Of a DNA stretch of 64,000 bases, positions 55,538 through 64,000 are shown piece after piece. Source of the DNA: a virus; the IMG/VR virus record IMGVR_UViG_3300025818_000017, one strand, 5' to 3'. How positions within the stretch are numbered: the stretch's first letter is position 1; the number at the start of each line of letters is the position of its first letter. A program made the position numbers and the translations under genes. The notes below the pieces were generated by a model that saw only the letters and a program-made list of their open reading frames with translations, made no database searches and was not told where the DNA came from.

Positions 55538-56432
55538 AATCATTATGAACGCTGGCGTTGACCGTGGCGACAGGACAGGTACTGGAACACGTTCTATCTT
55601 CGCACATCAAATGCGATTTGATTTACAACAAGGCTTTCCAGCAATGACCACAAAGCGTCTGGCTTGGTCGGCAGTAGTGAGCGAGTTGCTATGGTTCCTA
55701 GAAGGTTCCAGCGATGAAAGACGCTTGGCTGAAATCCTTGGTAAAGACAAGACCATTTGGACTGCTAATGCTAATGCTGACTACTGGAAACCCAAAGCAC
55801 AATTTGAAGGTGACCTTGGCGCAGTGTACGGTGTCCAATGGCGGCGTTGGGCAACTCATAAGTTCCACGGTGGCAAGTTTGATATTGCCTATAAGGGAAC
55901 TGGATTTGAAGACCCCAATGAAAAAGGGGCGTGTATGATGGGCGATTGGAGAACACATTACATAGACCAAATCGCCAATGTGATTGACAGTATCAAGAAT
56001 GATCCAGATAGTCGCCGCCATGTTGTTACAGCATGGAATCCCGGCGAGCTTGACCAGATGGCATTACCACCTTGCCATATGATCTTCCAGTTTTATGTGG
56101 CAGATGGCAAACTATCCTGTCATATGTTCCAACGCAGTTGTGATATGTTCTTGGGTGTGCCGTTCAACATCGCATCGTATGCACTGCTAACACACATGAT
56201 TGCTCAAGTAACCGATCTGGATGTAGGCGAACTGGTATTGACGCTTGGCGATGCTCATATCTATCACAATCATTTTGATCAGGTCAATGAGCAGTTGAAG
56301 CGAGAACCAAGACCACTACCGACACTATGGTTGAACCCTGACATCAAAGACATCGACTCATTCACAATGGATGATATTCGTTTGGATGGTTATGATCCAC
56401 ACGACACGATTAAAGCGGATATGGCAGTATGA
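55512..56432 (+). CDS. thyA: thymidylate synthase ThyA
   Basis: [60 protein letters not shown]. Confidence 0.96.
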   Translation: MQNYLTTLEIIMNAGVDRGDRTGTGTRSIFAHQMRFDLQQGFPAMTTKRLAWSAVVSELLWFLEGSSDERRLAEILGKDKTIWTANANADYWKPKAQFEGDLGAVYGVQWRRWATHKFHGGKFDIAYKGTGFEDPNEKGACMMGDWRTHYIDQIANVIDSIKNDPDSRRHVVTAWNPGELDQMALPPCHMIFQFYVADGKLSCHMFQRSCDMFLGVPFNIASYALLTHMIAQVTDLDVGELVLTLGDAHIYHNHFDQVNEQLKREPRPLPTLWLNPDIKDIDSFTMDDIRLDGYDPHDTIKADMAV

Positions 56433-56508
56433 CAACATTTGAGCTAATAGTTGTATGTCTAGTTGGATTACAACTACTAAATGAGATAAGGTTTTATTAC
56501 ATAAAGAA

Positions 56509-56847
56509 ATGGGCAAGAAACAGCTAACCGAGGAACAAAAAGACTTTTGGGATATGCTCACTTCCGATATGGAAGAATACCACGAGCGAAAGATTATGTC
56601 CGAAATAATGGAAAACCTTCATAGCAGACCAGACCTCATAGTAACAGCGGAACGAACACAAGGGTTCCATGTTATGGAAGAACAAATTGCGAAACACTAT
56701 GGATTACATCGTGTTAGTATTGCTAAAGACTACCAAACAATGTCGTATGTAGTAACTATACAGTTTGCGAGTGGAAGACTTCAGAGAAGTCATATAAACG
56801 AGGAAATAATAGCCTATGGAATACACAGTCGTTCTGACCGAAGATGA
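56509..56847 (+). CDS. hypothetical protein
   Basis: 112 aa ORF. Confidence 0.6.
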   Translation: MGKKQLTEEQKDFWDMLTSDMEEYHERKIMSEIMENLHSRPDLIVTAERTQGFHVMEEQIAKHYGLHRVSIAKDYQTMSYVVTIQFASGRLQRSHINEEIIAYGIHSRSDRR

Positions 56848-56980
56848 AGTAAGACTTCTTCGCCAAATGGTTCATCAAGTATCATTATCCGTTCCCCCAA
56901 CTGAATTTACTGATTGGGTTATTGAGGAACTTGGTAGTGAAAATGTGAAAGATTTTTATAATACCTTTATGAAGCCATAA
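56816..56980 (+). CDS. hypothetical protein (54 aa), missed by ORF track
   Basis: SD GAGG; MEYTVVLTEDEVRLLRQMV... Confidence 0.55.
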   Translation: MEYTVVLTEDEVRLLRQMVHQVSLSVPPTEFTDWVIEELGSENVKDFYNTFMKP

Positions 56981-57009
56981 GATAAATATACTATAAGGAG
57001 ATTTATCAA

Positions 57010-57174
57010 ATGGCTAAACTCAATGAAGAAATGGTAGTAATCAAAGTAAGTGAACTACTAAAAGATGATGCCGATGCAGCAGGAATTCTTGATGATGACA
57101 TGCTTGCTTCACTAGAAGAAGTCATCCAAGAACTAGTGGGCGAAAGCAAACTCGTAGAACTAATTAAGGAATAA
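57010..57174 (+). CDS. small late protein (54 aa), missed by ORF track
   Basis: GATAAATA promoter and SD AAGGAG; MAKLNEEMVVIKVSELLKDD... Confidence 0.75.
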   Translation: MAKLNEEMVVIKVSELLKDDADAAGILDDDMLASLEEVIQELVGESKLVELIKE

Positions 57175-57176
57175 AA

Positions 57177-57551
57177 ATGCCGTCAACATCAGTAACACTA
57201 TTACCATCAGTCACACAAGGCACACCTAACGATAACGTCAACTATGACGGGTCAAGTGCTGCGTTCCAAACAGATAAAACGAAAGGCGATGGCTTTTACG
57301 GTTACACGGATGGTCTACATACAGTTGCTTACTTCCCAAATAACTTCGTAGGCACAATCAAGATGCAAGGCTCCCTTGCTACAACACCATCCTCAACAGA
57401 TTGGTTCGATATTGACGGAACAACTATGACCAATGCATCTGCTGGTTCTACCGCTGTAACATATAATTTCACAGGCAACTTTGTATGGGTGCGGGTTGCA
57501 GTGTCCGGCTTTACCGAAGGCACTATTGATAAGGTGCAGTTGAACTACTAA
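57177..57551 (+). CDS. virion structural protein (beta-rich)
   Basis: KGDGFYGYTDGLHTVAY..F.GTI.MQGSLA..P...DWFDI..NFTGNFVWVR. Confidence 0.65.
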   Translation: MPSTSVTLLPSVTQGTPNDNVNYDGSSAAFQTDKTKGDGFYGYTDGLHTVAYFPNNFVGTIKMQGSLATTPSSTDWFDIDGTTMTNASAGSTAVTYNFTGNFVWVRVAVSGFTEGTIDKVQLNY

Positions 57552-58766
57552 ATGATAAAATTTGTCTATGACCTCAAAAACAAATACGGATATATCCCAA
57601 ATCTAGTCAAAGACACCACCCTCAAACCAAAGTCTAAAGAATGGTATGATCTTGCTCTAAAGTTCCCATTCTCACAAGAAAATCGTCTAATAAAATACTT
57701 ACGTCTTGATGTTGTTCCCCATAAGGAAACATTGGTTGATGAACTTGACGATGATGAGGTTGGTCACTATATGGTCAATATCAACTTCTTTGACCCCGTT
57801 ATAGATTACTTTGAGTTGATGGAACCGTCCAGTTACAAGCGGCTAAAAGAAAGAAAACTGGTATTCGTTTTTTACTATAGCGAAGGTGATTGGATTGACG
57901 AACATATTGCCCCACGATTAGAATACCTCACGGATAAACATGATATAGACCCTAACTTCGTCAAGTTTGTATGTGCTAATGCTCTTGCCCCAGATTATGG
58001 CGACAACTACATCTACTTCCCAGACGATGAGCTTTATTACCGTTACCTCCATATACATAAACAAGATTATGTAATGAAGGTAAATCTCAATAAGCGTGAT
58101 AAAAAATTCACCTTCCTAAATCGCATTGATAAGGATTGGCGCAGAGTATTTGCTGCTAGTATGTGGCAACATGGTATGCAAAATCTGGGATATTTCAGCT
58201 ATTGCGATAAAAAATACACAACCGACTACGCAGAGAATGAAACCCGTGATAACATTTTCGAATGGGAAACTTACTGGAATGATCTAGTCCGATTAGTTGC
58301 ACAGTTTGAATTATATACACCGATATTTTGTGATGAGTTCAGTGATGCCGAAAGAAATGACCACAGTATCATCCATAAACCATTCTTTGAAAATGCGTAC
58401 TGGCAGTTTATTCCAGAGACACATTTCACCAACGACACTATTTTCCTGACGGAGAAAACGTTCAAATGTATCTTGAATATGCAACCATTTATCATTATTG
58501 GTAACCCAGGAAGCCTATCGTTACTGGAAGAGCTTGGATATAAAACATTTGACGAATATATATATGAGGATTATGACAGCGTTGTTGATAACGAAAAGAG
58601 ACTACATCGTTGCTTTACCGAATGTTATCAGGTGACGAACTATACACACGAATCCCATTTGAAAGTTATGTATAATCTCAAAGACACGCTTGAATACAAC
58701 CAACGTGTTTTTCTCGCCTCTAAAAAGTACCGTCTAAATACCCTGATAGACAATATAAAGGTATAA
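57552..58766 (+). CDS. glycosyltransferase-like hypothetical protein
   Basis: FTFLNR..WR, IPETHF..FLTEKTFKCILNMQPFIIIGNPGSL..GYKTFD..EDYD. Confidence 0.6.
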   Translation: MIKFVYDLKNKYGYIPNLVKDTTLKPKSKEWYDLALKFPFSQENRLIKYLRLDVVPHKETLVDELDDDEVGHYMVNINFFDPVIDYFELMEPSSYKRLKERKLVFVFYYSEGDWIDEHIAPRLEYLTDKHDIDPNFVKFVCANALAPDYGDNYIYFPDDELYYRYLHIHKQDYVMKVNLNKRDKKFTFLNRIDKDWRRVFAASMWQHGMQNLGYFSYCDKKYTTDYAENETRDNIFEWETYWNDLVRLVAQFELYTPIFCDEFSDAERNDHSIIHKPFFENAYWQFIPETHFTNDTIFLTEKTFKCILNMQPFIIIGNPGSLSLLEELGYKTFDEYIYEDYDSVVDNEKRLHRCFTECYQVTNYTHESHLKVMYNLKDTLEYNQRVFLASKKYRLNTLIDNIKV

Positions 58767-58767
58767 G

Positions 58768-59190
58768 ATGGAAAGACTAAACTTTAAAATCACCCTTGAC
58801 ACCAGTTATGATCCCGATTTTCATGAAACAGAAACCGAGTTTTCTATATCCGTAAATGAACACACGATAAAAGACTTTATCACTGAGGAAAAGACGCTTG
58901 ATTTTGATGTGGATTGTTCAGGAGAAAATGTGTTAAGTATTTCGTTACTGAATAAAACACCGAATGATGTTGAACTAGACGTTGATGGTAATATTATAAA
59001 AGATAGACTACTTCATATTCTAAAGATTGAGGTAGATGACATCGACATTACTAATACCGGACATATTCACAGCGAGTACGATGCTGGTGAGTTTGGTATA
59101 CACCGTAACTGTATGAACTTGGGCTGGAATGGAACTTGGAAACTTGAGTTCGATACACCATTCTACATCTGGCTTTTGGAAACATTATAA
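58768..59190 (+). CDS. hypothetical protein
   Basis: C-terminus LGWNGTWKLEFDTPFYIWLLETL. Confidence 0.7.
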   Translation: MERLNFKITLDTSYDPDFHETETEFSISVNEHTIKDFITEEKTLDFDVDCSGENVLSISLLNKTPNDVELDVDGNIIKDRLLHILKIEVDDIDITNTGHIHSEYDAGEFGIHRNCMNLGWNGTWKLEFDTPFYIWLLETL

Positions 59191-59221
59191 AACTGATAAA
59201 TACATAAAAAGGTGTATAACA

Positions 59222-59578
59222 ATGTTTCTCTCAGACTTATATAAAAAAGATAAAGATGAAATCCAAGAAAGTATTGACTTAGTTCAGGAGATTATCTCTC
59301 TTGCGCCACAAAGAAGTTTCTCTGGTTCTGCTGGTTATTATCAAGCGCCAGAAAGAGAAAAAGACCCTACCTCTCATATTAGAAAAAAAGCAGTAACAAT
59401 GCATCCCGGTAATGACGGTGTACTGAAACGTACTAAGTATCACCTAGAAAAAGCACAGGAGAAAATATCCGCACTAGACCCTAAAAAAGATCACAACCAC
59501 GAGTTTTACCAAGAAGTAGTGCAGATTATACGAAGAATTAAAGATATTCTTCAGCAGTATAAAGGGTCTAAGGCATAA
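59222..59578 (+). CDS. hypothetical late protein, probable head-associated
   Basis: GATAAATA promoter and SD; MFLSDLYKK..IQES. Confidence 0.7.
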   Translation: MFLSDLYKKDKDEIQESIDLVQEIISLAPQRSFSGSAGYYQAPEREKDPTSHIRKKAVTMHPGNDGVLKRTKYHLEKAQEKISALDPKKDHNHEFYQEVVQIIRRIKDILQQYKGSKA

Positions 59579-62400
59579 TGATGTACGGCAGTCAGATAAC
59601 AACCTCTGATATTTCTTTAGTCGAAGATTACGTTGATACGTTCTTGTCCAAAGAAGGCTACGGTCCCGAGAAGACTGAGAGCATTATGCGTTTCATCTCT
59701 GAGAAAAAGGATAAAGATGACGGTATCTCTCTAAAAGATATTGATCCAACCGTTTTCCCAATGATTAGGAAAGCGATGATTCGTTATCCAACTGCCAAAA
59801 ACGATTTGGAAGCTCTTGTCAAACTAGTCCAAGACGAAATGAAAAAAGAACAAAATGACATCACCCGCCTTGACAAAGAGAATGATGTACAGGATGACGA
59901 TATCGAAGGTCTTGATGGTGAACTATCCAAAGACACCGAACTAACTCGTTCCAACAGAAACCTTATCAATACTATCATGACACGTATTGACGCTCTAGAA
60001 AAGAATGTTGAGCAAATGTCACAACAACCAACACAGGAAGGCTATGACTTCATTCGTGAAGAAGAACCACTAAGTGAGATTGCAGACAACAGTTATTCAA
60101 AGGACGCAATGGATTCTGAGCGTGTTCCTATAAAAACATTTCGTACACTAGTAGACCAGAAACAAATAACCATCGTTGGTAAGATTGGTGATTTCATTGT
60201 TACCTTGGACGGATATGGTGACGAGATCGGCAGAGATGACATCTATGCGAATGTCTATAAAGCCACCGACAGAGGCATCTGGCACACGGGCGAGATTGAT
60301 CTACAATACCAAGGCACAGAAGGCGATTCTCCTGTCTACCAGACATACGAAACTAAGGGTGCCAAGTTGATGCAAGGCAAAGGTATTATGGGACAGGTTT
60401 ACTTGATGCTATCCAAGAAGTTCGGCTGGGTCATTGCTTCTGGCGACAGTCAATCTCCTGGTGCCCAGAAGATGTGGAAGCGTATTGTTGCTAACCCTTC
60501 TGTTATGGCATGGACAGAGACAGAAACTGACGGTAAGAAACACGAACTCTACATTGACAAAGAAACTGGCGAACTAGAAGGACTTGAGTCTGTTTACGGT
60601 AGCAGCGATGAATACTATCACTTAGAAGACGAACTCGACGGTATTATACATGAACTTATAGACCAACAAAACGAAGCTGAAGATGCATACGAAGCTATGT
60701 ATAAGGCTGGCGAGATTAGTAAGAAAGAATATCACGCTAGTCTAAAGAAACTACAAAAAAGAGTAACAGACACCATCTCCAAGTATGAACAAGATTATGG
60801 TCATGAGATGCAAGATAACGAGTTTGGTGGTAGCCCAGATAGGTTGATCTACTTTATGTGGGTTGGTCGTTCCAAGAAGTCTTTCAAGGAAACATATGAA
60901 AGCAAGTTGAATGAAATGGGCAGAGTATCCGATTTTGTACAGACTGACGATGTATCGGCACCAGAGGTTGCTACACAGGCAAAAAAGTGGGGATTTGAAA
61001 CTGACGCTGATGGTTATCCACCGTTGATGAATGGTTCTAAACAAAAGCGTACCCGCACCAAGATTGAACACACTGAAAAAGAATACGATAGCTATGTCGT
61101 GAAAGAAGGTGTTGGCGGCATTACAAACGTGGGAGTTAGTTATGCTAATCCACAGTTTGATGTGGAGTGGGAAGAAGCAAACCGCTATCCATATTTAGAG
61201 AAACTTGGGCCTGAAGGCTGGGAAGAACTTGCTAAAACTGGCAGAGTAGTTAGAGTTACCACAGACAGTGTAAAGAAGATAGGAAACACTGGTGCTGACG
61301 GCAGTGAGTCATTAGATGACTTAGAGCCAGAAAAAGTTGCTAGACTTAAACAGGCAATGGACTCAGGCACAGTTGAAATGCCTATAGTTGTTAAACAACC
61401 AGACGGTTCACTAGAGTTAATTGCCGGAAACACTAGGTTAATTGGACTTATTTCCACACAGGGCGAAGCGCAAGTTTGGTTCGTGGATGCGAGTACGTTA
61501 ACAGAAGGCGTTGGTCGTATTACTGACTATAACTCCACACACGATGTGAAGAAAGGTCAGACTAAAAAAGAAGCAAGTAAGATGGCCGCATTCCGCGAAA
61601 GCACAGAAAAGAAAAGCAACTATGTCCTACAACTTGAGCGTGATGATGATATGATGATCCTACATATCACACAAAGTAAGACAGGACACCGCACAGAAGT
61701 TCGTGGCAAGGCTGGTTACGAGATTGATGGCTACGATCCAAATGATCCACTACACCAACTACTAGATAAGATTGGTAAGGTGGCAAACTTTAGTGATCTA
61801 ATGAACGGCACAAAAGTTTCTCTAAATCCAGTACATCCCGATTATCCAAAAGCCAAAGAAGAAGTGGTAAAGATGGTTGGTGAAAGTGATTATAGTTTCT
61901 TTCATGAAGATGTAGATTGGTCAAAGCATCACTGGAATGCCCCAAACAAACCATACGCTAAAACTGCTGAAATGGTTCCCGTGGCATGGTTAGAAAAACT
62001 GGTTGGTAATGATTTACGCACATATGATGGCGGCGCATACCAAAATATCGGCTATAACCCAGATACAGACGATTGGGATATGGGCAATCTAGAAGACCTT
62101 GCTAAGTCTATGAAAGAACGTGGTATCCAAGAGCCTGTAATGATTGTTGTTGGTATGAAAGATGGCTGGGCATATGTTGGCGAAGGAAACCATCGTATTG
62201 CTGCTGCTAAACTTGCTGGTATCTATTCACTCCCAGCCAGAGTATATATGCAAAGTGAAGTCCACGGTAAAGGTGAGCGTGGTCAGCACAGACACGATAT
62301 GACCCACGATATCACTTGGAACCCAGCAGAACTAGAACCATTTTCCAAAGTAAAATATTACGATAAACCAAGTCAGGTATTCAAGAGCCTACAGAAATGA
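59578..62400 (+). CDS. modular 940-aa protein: coiled coil, GNAT-like domain, two ParB/Srx-like domains
   Basis: QGKGIMGQVY..SGDSQSPGAQKMW; EMPIVV..LIAGNTRL; IQEPVMI..GEGNHRIAAAKLAG; x-x-E linkers. Confidence 0.65.
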   Translation: MMYGSQITTSDISLVEDYVDTFLSKEGYGPEKTESIMRFISEKKDKDDGISLKDIDPTVFPMIRKAMIRYPTAKNDLEALVKLVQDEMKKEQNDITRLDKENDVQDDDIEGLDGELSKDTELTRSNRNLINTIMTRIDALEKNVEQMSQQPTQEGYDFIREEEPLSEIADNSYSKDAMDSERVPIKTFRTLVDQKQITIVGKIGDFIVTLDGYGDEIGRDDIYANVYKATDRGIWHTGEIDLQYQGTEGDSPVYQTYETKGAKLMQGKGIMGQVYLMLSKKFGWVIASGDSQSPGAQKMWKRIVANPSVMAWTETETDGKKHELYIDKETGELEGLESVYGSSDEYYHLEDELDGIIHELIDQQNEAEDAYEAMYKAGEISKKEYHASLKKLQKRVTDTISKYEQDYGHEMQDNEFGGSPDRLIYFMWVGRSKKSFKETYESKLNEMGRVSDFVQTDDVSAPEVATQAKKWGFETDADGYPPLMNGSKQKRTRTKIEHTEKEYDSYVVKEGVGGITNVGVSYANPQFDVEWEEANRYPYLEKLGPEGWEELAKTGRVVRVTTDSVKKIGNTGADGSESLDDLEPEKVARLKQAMDSGTVEMPIVVKQPDGSLELIAGNTRLIGLISTQGEAQVWFVDASTLTEGVGRITDYNSTHDVKKGQTKKEASKMAAFRESTEKKSNYVLQLERDDDMMILHITQSKTGHRTEVRGKAGYEIDGYDPNDPLHQLLDKIGKVANFSDLMNGTKVSLNPVHPDYPKAKEEVVKMVGESDYSFFHEDVDWSKHHWNAPNKPYAKTAEMVPVAWLEKLVGNDLRTYDGGAYQNIGYNPDTDDWDMGNLEDLAKSMKERGIQEPVMIVVGMKDGWAYVGEGNHRIAAAKLAGIYSLPARVYMQSEVHGKGERGQHRHDMTHDITWNPAELEPFSKVKYYDKPSQVFKSLQK
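61104..61523 (+). repeat. 21-bp imperfect direct repeat flanking an in-frame ParB-like module
   Basis: AGAAGGTGTTGGCGGCATTAC (61104-61124) and AGAAGGCGTTGGTCGTATTAC (61503-61523), 17/21 identical, 399 nt apart. Confidence 0.7.
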
Positions 62401-62672
62401 CAAAACTAGAGATTGATTTATTCTGCAACATCCATCGTGATAAAGTTGCTTACAGACTATATGTAAACGACGAGCTAATGACTGAACGGGATTACATTTG
62501 GGATAATAAGACACATTATCTTACTGAAATAGTCCCGTTAGATATAGAACCCGGCACCCACACTATCAAAGTAGAAAATCTAAATCCCGATAATGGGGAG
62601 TTTAGCATAAATACCATAAGGCTAAATGGAGTGATTACAACACTTTATAATGGACGGGAATTTAGACTATGA
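62397..62672 (+). CDS. hypothetical protein
   Basis: YRLYVNDELMTERDYIW. Confidence 0.7.
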   Translation: MTKLEIDLFCNIHRDKVAYRLYVNDELMTERDYIWDNKTHYLTEIVPLDIEPGTHTIKVENLNPDNGEFSINTIRLNGVITTLYNGREFRL

Positions 62673-63133
62673 AGATTAGAGACTTACTTGATAAATTAGA
62701 TAGCATTAACGAAACAACCACAGCAGGAGCTATGGCACCAGTAGCAAAACCTCTTGGTAAAACACGTAAGCGTAAAGGCATTTACGGCGAGAGTGATGAA
62801 CCACAAAAGTTTCAAGATCGTGGTCCAACACCAAACAACTGGACAGATGAGCAATGGGCAGAGTTTCCACAACCACATACTAAAGAATGGATTGAATGGA
62901 AAGTAAAGCAACACGCCGCATCGGGTGAGCCACTAGAACTAGTCGATGCCAGTTGGTCCCGTGGTAATCTTTCTATTGGTGACCTACGAGATTTCGGTTG
63001 GGTAACGAAAGAGTATGATGCAAACCGTCATACAGGTGATATCGACGATATCTTTTGGCATCTTTCAGAAGACCTACCATTTCCTATTATCGTCCGTGGA
63101 AAAACTTATTACCCGGGTGACACAGTTAGTTAA
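62669..63133 (+). CDS. probable head-associated protein
   Basis: MKIRDLLDKLDSINETTTAGAMAPVAKPLG. Confidence 0.7.
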   Translation: MKIRDLLDKLDSINETTTAGAMAPVAKPLGKTRKRKGIYGESDEPQKFQDRGPTPNNWTDEQWAEFPQPHTKEWIEWKVKQHAASGEPLELVDASWSRGNLSIGDLRDFGWVTKEYDANRHTGDIDDIFWHLSEDLPFPIIVRGKTYYPGDTVS

Positions 63134-63145
63134 GGAATATTTGTA

Positions 63146-64000
63146 ATGGATGACAATAGTTTCAGACAGTTAGTTGAAAGTATCAACAACCTAGAAGAAG
63201 GCAAAAAGCCAAAACATTGGAAAGGCACCGATAAAGGAAAGCCTAAGAAAGATCAGTTTGTTGGCGAAGAAAACGGCGACTATGGTTTCCTATCCAAGTA
63301 TGTAGCAGAGGAAGAACTTGAAGAAGACCTAGTTTCTCAAATGAAGAAAGAGATGGGCAACTATTTGAAATCCCGTAAAGACGTTGAGGAAGAAGGTTCC
63401 AAGCCAAAGCCATTCAATCACACTCCAAAAATAGGTAAAGATATCCAGAAGCCAAAAGGTGTGAAGACTATTACATCCAAAGAAGATGGTATGCTTACTG
63501 ATGATGAGAATGTTGAAGAAAACTCAGTCCGTGACCGTCTAGTGCGTAAAGCTATGAAGCCTATTACAGACAAGGAAAAAATGTTTCCTAAGAAAGATAT
63601 GATGGGACCAAAGACACCATCTGCCGAAGAACTAGCCAAGAAGCATAACAAGCCACTTGACTTTATTGAAAAGCAGATTGCTAAAGGTGTAAAGATTGAA
63701 AAAGAACATACTGATGATGAGGCAATGGCTGATGAGATTGCTCGTGACCATATTGCTGAAAAACCAGATTACTATGACCGTTTAGCCAAAGTTGAGGAAG
63801 CTGGACTAAAACCATCAGCATCAGCACAGGCATATATGAGCCAGATGGATGCGGCACACGCACAACAAGACGCTTACCACTCTCGTCATAAGCCAAGAGG
63901 CGTAGAGTTACACATTCATAGTGCTGACGAAGATGGTAGTATGGTTGATGTAATCAAAGATGGCGTAGTTGTCGGTCAAGGTGACTACGATAGACACGCT
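63146..64000 (+). CDS. charged head-associated protein with DUF5661-like motif, 3'-partial
   Basis: SD AAGGA; MDDNSFRQLVESINNLEEG...; GVKIEKEHTDDEAMADEIARDHIAEKPDYYDRL; frame open to the window end. Confidence 0.7.
   Translation, partial: MDDNSFRQLVESINNLEEGKKPKHWKGTDKGKPKKDQFVGEENGDYGFLSKYVAEEELEEDLVSQMKKEMGNYLKSRKDVEEEGSKPKPFNHTPKIGKDIQKPKGVKTITSKEDGMLTDDENVEENSVRDRLVRKAMKPITDKEKMFPKKDMMGPKTPSAEELAKKHNKPLDFIEKQIAKGVKIEKEHTDDEAMADEIARDHIAEKPDYYDRLAKVEEAGLKPSASAQAYMSQMDAAHAQQDAYHSRHKPRGVELHIHSADEDGSMVDVIKDGVVVGQGDYDRHA

Noticed and set aside
55512-56432. Possible intron or intein in thyA
   Set aside because: The ORF is continuous with all motifs; the extra ~25 aa is a loop insertion without splicing residues.
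56440-56490. Hairpin TAGTTGTA/TACAACTA after thyA
   Set aside because: AT-rich with no distinctive motif; most simply a terminator or stabiliser.
1-64000. tRNA genes, CRISPR arrays, stop-codon recoding
   Set aside because: I saw no cloverleaf with a T-arm and no regular repeat-spacer series. Recognised genes are full length in code 11 and use TAA, TAG and TGA as stops.

Overview
64 kb of a large lytic dsDNA phage (jumbo myovirus-like) genome in the standard genetic code, densely coding and mostly on the + strand. It uses T4-like late promoters (NTAAATA), sigma70-type early promoters and C(UUCG)G terminators. The peroxiredoxin, IF-1 and CCA enzyme look alphaproteobacterial, so the host is probably a Rhodobacteraceae-like marine bacterium (inference). 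Contents include small-molecule/glycan modification enzymes (amidinotransferase, sulfotransferases, radical SAMs, methyltransferases, a 2OG-Fe oxygenase), host-derived genes (SbmA/BacA, TctA/TctC, PurS, IF-1, IscA/HesB, PhoH, MazG, UvsE), a full proteostasis set (GroES, DnaJ, ClpA, ClpP, DegP), replication/nucleotide genes (split DnaE piece, clamp loader, DHFR, ThyA), baseplate/fibre genes, a lysis cassette and head-type proteins with L/I-x-E motifs. I found no tRNA, rRNA or CRISPR array. The best candidate for a novel system is at 20.8-24.0 kb: a CCA-adding enzyme with a capsid-targeting-like N-terminus, then tandem CAGCAA-bulge RNA hairpins that overlap a mutually exclusive terminator, directly upstream of a Ro60/TROVE-like vWA (DUF2828-type) gene, with a further structured element downstream. 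All family assignments come from motif recognition by eye; no searches were run.
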